This document shows positions 23,317 through 35,290 of a stretch of DNA of 64,000 nucleotides, piece by piece; position 1 is the first letter of the stretch; every line of letters starts with the position of its first letter. Source of the stretch: Podarcis filfolensis (lineage: Eukaryota); NCBI GenBank assembly GCA_964270895.1, contig OZ185444.1. One strand, 5' to 3'. The notes beneath the pieces were generated by a model. That model saw only the letters and a program-made list of their open reading frames with translations, ran no database searches and had not been told where the DNA came from. The position numbers and the translations under genes were made by a program.

Positions 23317-25002
23317 TATCTGCTACTTTGCTATCTCACCAACCATCTGAGGCTTCTCACTGCTCTGTGAGCTGCAGGTTCAGAACATTCACATGGAGGT
23401 CAACCATGACACAGCGCCTAGCCAAGAACTACTTAACATTTTTTGCATGGGGTACAGATTTGGCTACTCGGCAAGCCAGAACGAATTCTTTAGTTCAGCA
23501 TTGGCCATTGTCACAACAGTCTCCTTCTCTTGAACCTTGCCACTTGTCTCTCATGGCTGAATGATTCCCCTCTACCTCAGTCCTCCTCTCCAGCCTTTGC
23601 TCAGTGCCCCACATAGGGCAAGATGCATCAGAGTGATGAGAGAAGCACAGCTATCAATAGCACATTACAGAGTACCCGAAGACCGGAAGGACAACCCCAT
23701 CCCATCAAGCTCTGGTGCAAATGTAACAGTTCTGTAGACTGTTGAGGAGTTTGTGGAACCAAACAAAGCAGAGCTGTGTGGATCTGCCACGTACCTTGCA
23801 CAGGAAGCGCCTCAATTGCTACGGTGCAAACGTATCTGTGCGCCACGTCAGGCTAAAGCAGCCAGATAGGGTGAGCCATCATGGGCCATGCTGACTGCAA
23901 CTGGGAGTCCAACAGCATCTGAAGGACCACAGATACCCCAGGTTTGATTTGAAGAATTCACTAAAAAATATTCGCTTAAAATTAAACAATAAAATACAGA
24001 GGAAAACAACAACTAGCTTTTTTAAAAATGCAGATAAAAGCAGCACAAAACAAAGACAAAATTGGGAAGATAAAAAAAGGTATTCATCTAGCACTGAAGA
24101 GGAATCAGGAGAGATACAAGGCGAGCAGCCCTGGAAGAAGCCTTCTACAAACAGGGCACTACCACTAAGAAGGCCCTTTCCCCATTGTAGTGTCTCGGCT
24201 CAGATGACATGGTGCCTTTAAGGTCTCCTAATAAGATTTTGTCCTGTTGCAGAATGAGCCACCCCATGTCATAATATCCTTGTTTCAGAGGAGCAGTGTG
24301 TAATGCTACTACCCAGGTTGCTGCAACACTGCTCCTCCTGATGCAATGCAGACTTTGCTAATACAGTCAGTAGCTCTTTGCAGTACAGATTACGTGCAGA
24401 TTACACACGCAATGTGCAAACGGCTTTCAGATTTGTGCTAGTGTGGATTTCAGCCTGACAGTGCATCTACATGACACACCTCCCTATTATTTTTTAAACT
24501 CCCCCCCCCAAAAAAAATCTGTGGCACCCAAAAGAATTGCCTGGGGTCACAATAACCCTCCCACCCCATTAACCACCTCCACCCCACAAACACACACACT
24601 GTGCCAGTTCTCCAAGATGTTACCGCTTTAAAGTCGCTGGTCTGTGTAATCATAAGGTGCAGACTCAGCATCCTCTTGAACGTTCTCCCCTACCTCATAG
24701 GCAGATTTAAACCCACACACCCACAAATATGCTGATCTTCACTATACCTTACTAAGGCCATTGCCTTAGGTGAGCACCTCACTTTTCCTCTCCTCATAGT
24801 TAGGCTGCCTCACACCAGAGGCCCCTCCAGACCAGATTTAAACTTTTGTTTTACTGCAGGTATATTCCTTGACATGTCACTGAGGGTACTTGCTTCCCAG
24901 CAACCCATTTATTGAGCCTTCAGCCTGCTTTGTTTGCAGAGAGATTAGATTATATTGACTATTTAATGAGTAATCAGTCTAATTTGCTTGTGGGGAGACT
25001 AG

Positions 25003-25875
25003 TGAGAGCCAGTGTGGTCTAGTGTTGGACTAGGATCTGGGAAGTAAAGGTAAAGGGACCCCTGACCATTAGGTCCAGTTGTGGACGACTCTGGGGTTGC
25101 GGCGCTCATCTCGCTTTATTGGCCGAGGGAGCCGGCGTACAGCTTCCGGGTCATGTGGCCAGCATGACTAAGCCACTTCTGGCAAACCAGAGCAGCGCAC
25201 GGAAATGCAGTTTACCTTACCGCCGGAGCGGTACCTATTTATCTACTTGCACTGCTTGCTTTCGAACGGCTAGGTTGGCAGGAGCAGGGATTGAGCAACG
25301 GGAGCTCACCCCGTCGCGGGGATTCAAACTGCTGACCTTCTGATCGGCAAGCCCTAGGCTCTGTGGTTTAACCCACAACGCCAGGATCTGGGCGAGCATG
25401 GTTCAAATCCCCACTTCGCCAGGAAGGTCACCGGGTAACCTTCGGCCAGTCACTTCCTCTCTGGGCTCATCCAGGCTTCCTTTTGTACTGTGTTTCTAGG
25501 CACAGGCCTGAGCTTTAAAGCTCCATGTTCAAGTACATGGTTTTTTTTGTCCTGGCACTTTCCCTGTGAAAACCTGCTCTTTACTGCTGAATTGGAAAAC
25601 CTAGATTGCCGTTTGTTCTGATTCAGCATTAAAGAGTGTATTTTGTTGTGGGCAAAGTGCCCAGGCAAAAAAGATAAACACTCAGACTCAGTGCTTTAAA
25701 GTGCAGACCTGTGCCTAGGAAGCGCTGGGCAAAAGGTAAGTGTGGATGAGCCCGCAGTCCAAACTACCTCACAGGGTTGCTGTGAGGATAAAATGAGGTG
25801 TGGGAGAACCATGTAAGCCACCTTGAGTTCCTTGAAGATAAAATTGGGATCAAAACGCAATTAATATAATAAAAA
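25003..25875 (+). mobile_element. MIR-like tRNA SINE split by two insertions
   Basis: Head GAGAGCCAGTGTGGTCTAGTG, continues at 25383-25470 after the Sauria insertion; tail ACCTCACAGGGTTGCTGTGAGGATAAAATG...GCCACCTTGAG at about 25755-25875. Confidence 0.65.
25042..25382 (-). mobile_element. Sauria SINE nested in an older tRNA-derived SINE
   Basis: Sauria consensus; 10-bp TSD AGGATCTGGG at 25032-25041 and 25383-25392. Confidence 0.92.
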
Positions 25876-26142
25876 TAAGAAGCAAGTGCTATTCCACACC
25901 TTCTACCACATTTTCATATTACTCCCCTCCCCCCACAAAAAAGTCCAGTCTTTGGAGCAAGTGTGCTTATCGTGCAAGAGGTGCAAACATGTGTTTGTTT
26001 GTTTGTTTGTTTATATTACATTTGTATATCGTCCCTCATCCGTAGATCTCAAGGCGTTTCGCAACATAAAAATACAACATAAAAACACAAAATACATGAT
26101 AAAAACAAGAGCAACAACAACATCCCCCCTGCAATGTAATAT

Positions 26143-26256
26143 GTAAAGGTAAAGGGACCCCTGACCATTAGGTCCAGTTGTGACCGACTCTGGGGTTGCG
26201 GAGCTCCTCTCGCTTTATTGGCTGAGGGAGCCGGCATACAGCTTCCGGGTCATGTG
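26143..26256 (-). mobile_element. Sauria SINE, 5'-truncated
   Basis: Only the 3' about 115 nt (GTAAAGGTAAAGGGACCCCTGACC...CATGTG). Confidence 0.88.
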
Positions 26257-26344
26257 ATGCTGCAGCCTAAATTTGATGATGTGTGATTGAATACCCCACC
26301 CATGCCCAACCCCCCCCCCAAAAATGCTTTGTAAGTACCCTGAT

Positions 26345-26750
26345 GTGAGAGCTATAAATAAAGCTGGTTGCCAAAGAATTTATGCTTTTGAATTATGGTG
26401 CTGGAGGAGACTCTTGAGAGTCCCATGGACTGCAAGAAGATCAAACCTATCCATTCTTAAGGAAATCAGCCCTGAGTGTTCACTGGAAGGACAGATCCTA
26501 AAGCTGAGGCTCCAGTACTTTGGCCACCTCATGAGAAGATTCCCTGGAAAAGACCCTGATGTTGGGAAAGATGGAGGGCCCAAGGAGAAGGGGACGACAG
26601 AGGACAAGAAGGTTGGACAGTGTTCTCGAAGCTACCAGCATAAGTTTGACCAAACTGCGGGAGGCAGTGGAAGACAGGAGTGCCTGGAGTGCTCTGGTCC
26701 ATGGGGTCACAAAGAGTCGGACACGACTAAACGACTAAACAACAACAACA
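26345..26750 (+). mobile_element. BovB (RTE-clade LINE) 3' end
   Basis: Translates to AFELWCWRRLLRVPWTARRSNLSILKEISPECSLEGQILKLRLQYFGHLMRR; BovB-type tail GAGTCGGACACGACTAAACGACTAAACAACAAC. Confidence 0.93.
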
Positions 26751-27255
26751 GTGGTATATATTTGTACTAGACTGTCCACATGTTAGGTCTGTTCTGAGAT
26801 ACTTCCCCATCTGAGAGGTATTCTTGCCCTGTGGCACAACAAAAATGTAACAAAGGCAGGATATCTCAGCTGGTAAAGCGTGAGACTCTTAATCTCGGAG
26901 TTGTGGGATAGAGCCTTCTGCCGGGCAAAATAATGGTTTGATATGACTCTCGTGGTCCCTTCCAACGCTACAATGCTATGATTCTGTGAATGTTTCTGGT
27001 ATAAAATATTACAGGATTTCAGCACAAAACTACTAACTGAAAATGAAGCAGTATGTCTGCCCCCCAAATATCTGCAGGCACACTTTGGGAAAATGGGATA
27101 GCATATAACTGCCCTGATACTATCAGGAGCACAAATCATCATGAAATCACCATAAAGAGGATGCCTGGAGGGGCCCAAAGACGGTACAAATGGGATCCTC
27201 CTTAATGAGGGTCCTGGCTGCGTGCAGGCCCCCAGGACACCCCTACAAGGTGGGT

Positions 27256-27929
27256 TGTTGATAGGTGTGGCCCAAATCTTAACCGTTAGGCCCTGGGATC
27301 GCACCAGGCTGTTTTGGCCAATCAGGGCAAGCGGCGTGATTCTCAGGTCCTATAAAAGCGGCAGCGCGACATGACTGGGGGCACACGCTTCACGCTGCCG
27401 TACACCCGCCCTCCCTCCCTAAGTTTAGGTCATGCTGCTTTGGCCCTGCTTTGGAATTTTTCCATTTGGCAGATTGGCTGGAGCCACTTGGTTTTTCCTA
27501 CCCCCATAGCATTCGTCACAACTTTGTAAGGTTAGGCAGTTAGGCATCAGCTTATTGAAGTGTGTGGGAGGGGAGGTGTGGCTATCACCTGCCCCTCCAG
27601 AAATAGGGTATTCCGGTAAAGGAATCTGGGGGTCCTGGATCTCATCCGAAGTCCACTTGAGGGGCTAGGGCCTTGCCAGGACCACAGGAACTCTGGAGTG
27701 AGCTTCGGTTGATCTTCATCGATGTTGCTCCCTCATTTGGTGTTTACCCTTTCAGACTACCAGCCAGACTACCAGTTATAGTCTGTTGCCAATGCCTAAG
27801 CCAATATTGCTCACTTTGCTGTAATTAATAAAGTTGTGGCCTAAATTTTGCCCAATAACTTAAACAAAATTTATGAGTCAGTGTGAAGTTATTTACAGGG
27901 GAAGGACTTGGAGGCCTCAAAGCGCAACA
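27256..27929 (+). mobile_element. Solo-LTR-like element (5' boundary uncertain)
   Basis: TGTTG...CAACA ends; in order CCAATCAG, TATAAAAG, then AATAAAGTTGTGGCC near the 3' end; CpG retained; TSD not clean (GGGT / ATGT). Confidence 0.55.
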
Positions 27930-28731
27930 ATGTTCCTGGGCATCGGCTGAAGACTCAAGCAGTAGCAGCAGACTGCCATTGTGTATAATACCAAACCCCA
28001 TCCACATACTCACGCACTAGTAGTAACTGAAAAAGAATAAATTAAGATAGGGGAGATTAGATAGATAGATAAATATATAATTTCTCAGCAGCCACTGACC
28101 TCCTGTGGCAATAAGGTGTAATTGCACTGCCTATGACTTGGGCTACAGGGAAATCGCCAACCATTAAAACACAGGCAATCAAACCATGCCAATTTTTATT
28201 ATTATTATTTAAACCAACCTCTACAGGGCAGTTCTGTGGAGGATCATCATCCCTTTCCCCACAGGAATAAACTGGTTCTGTCTGAGTGCAGCCCAGCTAG
28301 GCAGAACATTTCTGATTCCACAACAGCACACGGCTTACCTTTTATCTCTCCTGCTCTGCCTGAAGGTATTGAAAAGAGCTGACTTTTCCTGAGTCATACC
28401 AATGTTTGTTCTAAACCCAGCATCATCAATCATGACAAGCAGCCCATTTCAGAGAGAGGGGAGCTATCCCTATCCTGCTGTCTGAGATCAGAGCAGGCAT
28501 GAAGTTGAGCACATCTTTCAAATAGGATACAGAGACTTACTATAAGAAACCAAATCTTAAACCTTGTTGATAAATAAAAAAAAACCAAGTGCCTTGGTAA
28601 TGGTTTGTTGATAATAATTTGCTTGGAAAAAATCACTAAACATGCATGTGCTCACACCTTTCAGCTCTACTAAAGAACTTTTTAAATGAAGAAGAGGATT
28701 GAAATAAAATCCAATTCTTCTTTATGGTTAG

Positions 28732-29060
28732 NNNNNNNNNNNNNNNNNNNNNNNNNNNNNNNNNNNNNNNNNNNNNNNNNNNNNNNNNNNNNNNNNNNNN
28801 NNNNNNNNNNNNNNNNNNNNNNNNNNNNNNNNNNNNNNNNNNNNNNNNNNNNNNNNNNNNNNNNNNNNNNNNNNNNNNNNNNNNNNNNNNNNNNNNNNNN
28901 NNNNNNNNNNNNNNNNNNNNNNNNNNNNNNNNNNNNNNNNNNNNNNNNNNNNNNNNNNNNNNNNNNNNNNNNNNNNNNNNNNNNNNNNNNNNNNNNNNNN
29001 NNNNNNNNNNNNNNNNNNNNNNNNNNNNNNNNNNNNNNNNNNNNNNNNNNNNNNNNNNNN
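28732..29060. other. Assembly gap (329 N)
   Basis: Run of N. Confidence 1.
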
Positions 29061-29929
29061 CATTTTTCTTGTTCATTGGCATTTGTTCCAGTGGGTTTAC
29101 AAAGAAGTAGAGCAGTGCTGTCCATCAGTTTGTTGGTGAAAAGAAAGGTTGGGGGGGTGAGTAAATCCAGACCCCTCCTCTTCTCCAACAGCTACTTGGT
29201 GTTATTGCCAATTGTTTAATAGGACCATGCCAGTTGGATTAGAAGGGGAATTGTGCACCCAATTAATGTGCACTGAAACCTGTCTCCATGGGCCTCTGAT
29301 CAGATGAGGCAATTGTGCCACAGTGGTAAGAGACACTGTAGCTCTCTTCTTCACAGCTGCAGGTAAATCTGTCCATACTGAATCTAGCAACCTCAAGCCT
29401 TGAAAATGCACACAAAACCTATTTTAGTGCTGAGTTATAGTCCCTTCCCTAGAAGGTCCCAGCATCACTTTGTGAAACTTGACCCAACTAGAGATCTTGC
29501 ATGATTTATTTAAATGGACCATAAAAGAACAGACTCACATCAAGTCAGGCACAATGTGAATTGTTGGTATCAGTGCACACATTCAGCTAGGACCCTGAAA
29601 GAATAAGCATAGAAAGAGTAATCAAATTATGTGCATGCATGTGTGAACCAAGTTTGATATGGCTTTAATAATTATCCTCCATTTCCCCGGAGAATGATCA
29701 TTTTGCTATTTTTGAGAGTTAAAATTATGGTCTACATTCCTGAAAACAGTCTAACAAAAAGAGCATGAGGGAGGCCATTACACAAGGGGAAGAGGCCACT
29801 TCACACAGTGGATTTGGACTGGGTACCATTGAAAGTAGCAGAATTTCAAAAAAATGCAAAAGCCAACTGGGGGATGGGTTAAATCAAATGCACATCCAAG
29901 ATGGTACTACTGTGCAAACACATTCCATG

Positions 29930-31098
29930 GGGTTTCCTGAGTAATTCCCTTAGGACTGCATCATCTTAGGGCTCCTCATTGGTGCCATCAGGGCAAGATT
30001 TTGGGGGCAGAGGTCCATATGAGACTCTGAGTAGGAAGCTGAAGGACTTTGGGGCACAGGTGGGTATTTCATCACTCCTTCCTATTGGAGGTCATAGCCC
30101 AAGAAGAGAGGAGAAAAAACTGGAAGTATACCACTGGTTGTACAGATGGTGCTATCTGGCTTCTTGCACCATAGTATCCACTTCCATGAAGACTTCTAGT
30201 AAGAGGTAGATTTCACCCCATAGCAGCTGGCAATAATGTGTTTGCTAGGAGTCTCGTAAATCTGATCAGGAGAGTTTTAAACTGAATCTTGATGGGGAGG
30301 AGAGAATATTTCAGAAGACAGAGGAACACCAAGTACTGGGGATAGTAACTTCAGGAAACTCGGGCAGTGCTACAGGAACCTGCAATTGGGCAGGGGGGAA
30401 AACAAGGAAGCAGCTGGAGGAAATGACTCAAGGTTTCAGTTGTCTCTATACTAATGCATAGAACATGGGAAATAAACAAGATGAACTTGAGCTCTTAATA
30501 CAGGATGACAAACATGATAATAAACATTACTGAAACCTAGTGGAATGAGACTCATGATTGTAATGTACTAATTGAGAGGCATAACCTAGGAATAGACCAT
30601 ACAGGAAGGGAGGAGTAGCAACATTATATGTAAAGGATGGGTATACCAACAAGAAGATCCATGACTCGCAGCATGGAAGGTAGGTCTAGAGTATTTGGGT
30701 AAAAATTGTAGGAGAGGGAAACAACAGTGAATTCACAGTGAGAGTCTACTATAGATCTCCAAGCCAGAACGAAGGCTTGGATGATGCCTTCCTAGAGCAA
30801 TTACCAAAAATTCAAAAAGAAGAGATATAGTAGTCATGGGGGACTTCAACTATTCTGATATCTGTTGGAACTCAAGCTCTGCCAAGAATGTAAGATCCAA
30901 TAAATTCCCCATTTGCCTTGCTGACAATTTTTGAGCTTTTGGAAGCTGGTAACTCTGATTCATTAGAAGTTAAAAAAATGAAATAAATGTTGGAAGGCCA
31001 ACTGCCTGGGATTCTGTAGCTATGATTCATGCATTGCAAGGAGTTGGACTAGATGACCTTTGGAGTGCCCTCCAACTCTTCACTTCTATGATTCTATG
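29930..31098 (+). mobile_element. Internally deleted CR1 (ORF1 esterase remnant, endonuclease remnant, 3' tail)
   Basis: Degenerate CLYTNA..MGNKQDELE, ITETW, YYRSP and VVMGDFNY endonuclease motifs at about 30440-30930; tail GTTGGACTAGATGACC...TTCTATGATTCTATGA at about 31000-31098. Confidence 0.8.
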
Positions 31099-32099
31099 AA
31101 AACCAGAATCAAAAAACACCTGACTGCACCACTGAGCATACTGAAAAGTGGAGGGGGGAGAAACTTGAGAGAAGATCAGGGGGTAGCCATGCTTATCTTC
31201 TGCTAAAAGAAAGGAGCAGAGAAAATTAACCAGGTGTCTGGATGATTGAGTAACAGTGTGCAGCGCTGCAAATTTGTTGCAAGATAAAAAGAAAAGAAAA
31301 ATATTCTGATAATGAATAATGAGGAGAGGTGGGACAACAGCCAGGTACTAGCAGAACGGAAGAATGCTGCCCAGATGATTATCAGGACATTCTGTATTTT
31401 GTTATATGAGATTTATGTGGGAAACACACACACACACTCGGGAACTGAAGAACAGTAACATATCCCAGGATTGTATATGAAATGTAAGCAGCAGATCATG
31501 CAAAAACACTGCCAATCTGCTCACACCCCAATTGTCTACTTCTTATGTCAAAGTTCTGTCCACACTTTTCAGGATCTTGAGGGGGGGTTTTCCTTCCTTC
31601 ACATCTGGCAAAGCTATCTGCCTCCCTGTCAGCACTGCCCCTCATGTTCTTGTGCATTTTCTGCAAAATATCTACAGCACAGGGAAAATTTACATTTGGG
31701 GACATTGTAACCTAATATCACATTTCTGATTAAATAATGGAAGATTATGTCAGGATCCTGTTATTCAGCATTATATTTAATTCATCACAATCTTCAATTT
31801 TTTAAATGCATTTAAGGCTATAACAGAACCTCTAATCAGCTGCATTGGGAGAACGCAGGAAGTTTCCAAAAGAATTTAGGTCAATCTTGCAGGCACATAC
31901 CCAGGGCCTCAATTATACTATGACTGTTATACATATAAATTAGGCACATTATTTGACGTTGTGTGATTATTTATTTGGAAGAAAACCTACCGCTGTGTGC
32001 TTATGCAAGGACCACAAGTTATGCTTGGCCTGGGAACCTTACTTCTGAAATTGCAAATCGCTGGGTTTGTAGAACCCAGAGCTTTGATTGGAATGCTGC

Positions 32100-32430
32100 C
32101 TTCAATATCCGCCCAGCTGTGACAAACAAAATCTAATACAGCAGAACCACAGAGGGTGAATTTTGAGAGATTCAGGACAGACAAAGCGAAGTATTTCTTC
32201 AAGCAGCACACAGTAAAACGCTGGAATTGAATTCGACAAAATGTAAGGAAGGCCACCAATTTGGTCGTGGTGGTTATGTACTACCTCCATGTGCCGAGGC
32301 AGCATGCCTGTGAATGTCAAGCGCTGGGGATCACAAAGGGAAATGATATTGGCGCTCATGTCCTGTTTGGTTGGCCATTGTGAGAACACAATGCCGGACT
32401 AGGTACGCCTTTGATCTGATCCAGCTCTTC
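32100..32430 (+). mobile_element. CR1 LINE 3' fragment (second subfamily)
   Basis: AGATTCAGGACAGACAAAGCGAAGTATTTCTTC...GGTTGGCCATTGTGAGAAC...TGATCCAGC; similar relic at about 7380-7650. Confidence 0.75.
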
Positions 32431-34744
32431 TTAGAATACTTAGAAAATAAACACTGAATCCAACCTCATAACCTAATTCACTCAGCTAGCTTGGCTGCTG
32501 TCACATTAGTTTCTGGTAAGATAGACATATAGCCTTTCTAAAGCTTTGTCATTTGTGTACTATTAGCATTGCTTCTCTCCAGATATGCCAATTTAGATTC
32601 CTTGAGAACAGCAATTTAAGGGTTATGGAGGCAGAGTGCCCCAGAGTCCTTTTCAGATGCTGTAAGAACAGAGAATGTGCATAGGCAGGCATGTAAGTAC
32701 ATTTTAGATATGCTGAAATTCGTAGAATGTACTTATTTGATACATTTAAATCCCACCTTTCAAAACATAGCGTTTTCTCAGAATAATACCTGAAAAGGTC
32801 TAAGTTCTTCTTCTATCTCAGGCACAAACAAGTCACACTGGCACTCCAGACCAGAATCAAGCTCACAGTGCTATCACATCAGCACCCACTACCCTCAGGC
32901 CACAGATACAGAGATAGGCAGGTATGTGGAGGAATGAGAAAAGTCTGTTTCCTGCATTCTTTGTCCTCTAGTGCAAGGGGTTGTGTAAGCCATTGTGAAA
33001 CAAAGTTACCAGCAACCTGCTTATGCATTCCCTTGCACAACATCCTGCTGGCACAAAACATTTCACCAGCGGAACAAGTGTACTGCTAAGTGACAATATT
33101 AACCCAATTAATTAATATTAAATTAACTTAGTCATACATTGGATACAACTAGGGTGCTTTAAAAGTAAACCATCAAGCTGGAGTATTGCACTCAATAAGC
33201 TATGGGACATATCTAATAATGCCATCACCTTAATGAAACGTCTTTATCAATTTTGAATACCTTTGTTTCCAATTTTTATCATCACAAATTAAAACTGGAG
33301 CATTTAAAATGTTTAAAGGGCACAAAATCAGCTGAAATTAATGGGTCTCAAAATCCACAGCCAGCAGTAGCCAGCATGTCTTGCTTCATGATAAGACTGC
33401 TCTGGGACTGGAGAACCCCACACAACATTGTTCTTTGTGTCGCCGACTGGCTAGGTACCAGGATAATCCTAGGACCTACCTGCATTTCAATGGATTGTGA
33501 TCCCCTCCAGCTGTCCATTTTATTGCACATTCATTATTTGTGTTCAAGGTGGTATCAAGGCAATTATATGGAATCCATTTTTAGTAGTTTGTGTTGGAAA
33601 ACTTGCCCCCTCGGGAGAGGCTGGCCCCTCTCCTCAGGCTCCCGGGGCTTGTTTGCTGGTGATCTACCCTGGCTGGAATCCCCCCAGTCCAGGAAGATCT
33701 TGATAGGCGACATCTCCCTGCGTGGAAGATGCACACCCCCTCCCCCCTTGCATACCAGCAGGAGAAAGAAGATAGTCAGAAAGTCTATTACATCTCTAGT
33801 TTATTTCTGACAGCACAACTGAAACAAAAACATGTCCGTTCACTCAGACTTCTCTCCGAGCAACTGACTCAGACTTCCTTCACATACGCAACAGGAAGGT
33901 CTCATATTACACAAAGAACAAATCCCTGTGAACCACCCTATGAACTGCCTGGAACATTCTTTCCCACGGCTAGTCACATCATGTGATGTAAACACCAAGC
34001 TGCTTGTTTGCAGCTGCGTAGTACTCATATTCCAACAGTTTGCACTGCAGGTGTTTGAGGGCAAACAATACTAAAAGAAATCCTGGAACTTTTCATATCA
34101 CCAATGTTCTGGTCTTGTTGTTGTCCCCTCCCCCCCTCGTTGCAGTATAGTGCAAAAGTGGCTCTCCAGGAGGCAGTAAACGCAGTTACATTGGATAAGC
34201 ATCACTGAACTAAGAAAGTAGAATGATGTACGAACTGTTCAGTATAAATCCACTATGAAAGTATTGGTATTGCATCAAATATATGTTGCAGAATATATTT
34301 GCGAAACAAAAACCACCAGGCTGGAGGTGCCTAGGATTATCCTGTCTGCATTTCAATGGACTGAGGACCAGCACAGGCAGATGATCCATATAGCACAGGT
34401 TGATGGATCAACACACAGCTCTGACTCATCCTCTCAAAATCCATACACAAGAAATTGAGATAGCATTTGCTAATTTAGGGATGTATTGTTGTTTTCTCAG
34501 CAGCAGTTTTTGCCTTTTATTTGAGATATTTCTCAAACCTGGTAATGGTGCTTGGTCAAACTGGCTGAAAATAATTTAAGTTTAGATGGGTTTGTTGAAT
34601 GTCAGTTGCATTCTGCTCAATTAATGTTTTAAACGGTGTTGTTGTTGTTTGAACCACTGGTGCCTATATTGTGCCAAGATTTGAGGGTAGACACACTTGG
34701 ACTAGATTCTCACTGAGGTGGTAAACATGAGTCAGGACTGTACC

Positions 34745-35290
34745 ACTTTAGACTGCAGGTTGGGGACACACATAATCAAATGCTACTCCATACAAAAATG
34801 GAGTTTTGTTCTCACTCCCGGCTCAGTGACGTCTACACTGGCTTGGTCATGTCCACAGAATGGAAGATGCCAGGATCTTCAAGGACGTGCTCTATGGAGA
34901 GCTGGCTTCCGCCAGCAGGCCAGTTGGCAAACCAACACTGTGTTATAAAGATGTCTGCAAATGTGACACAAAGGCTGGCAACATCAACCCTATCATGTGG
35001 GAACCCCTTGCAGACAACCACAATGCCTGAAGACAATGCAGTCACATTGTGTATCCATAGCAGTGATCAGAGGAGAAATGACCAGTGGGAGGAGTGGAGA
35101 GAGGAGAAACGCCATAGACCATCTGCAGCAGCACAACTGGACACCTTCATCTGCCCCACCTGCAGGAAAACATGTCTCTCCCACTTCAGTCTTTTCAGCC
35201 GTGGCAGGTGCTGCAACCTTCGAACAGCTTGACCTCACCCCCAAAGGCGTACTCTTCCATTGTCTCCTGAGAGAGACAGATGCCAGCAGC
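34745..35290 (+). mobile_element. RTE-clade LINE 3' fragment (third RTE family)
   Basis: Remnant WLGHVHRMEDARIFKDVLYGELASASRPVGKPTLCYKDVCK and CPTCRKTC. Confidence 0.85.

Noticed and set aside
28636-29219. ORFs of 111-177 aa in the ORF track
   Set aside because: Artefacts of translating through the 329-N gap.
32583-32692. 110-nt exon-like cassette (ctctccag|...|gtaagt), same length as PVALB coding exon 3
   Set aside because: No similarity to parvalbumin, a stop in the one frame I translated, and such pseudo-exons are common.
33253-33810. 185-aa + strand ORF
   Set aside because: Non-ATG start, random-looking composition, no splice or promoter support; it shows that ORFs of this length can arise by chance here.
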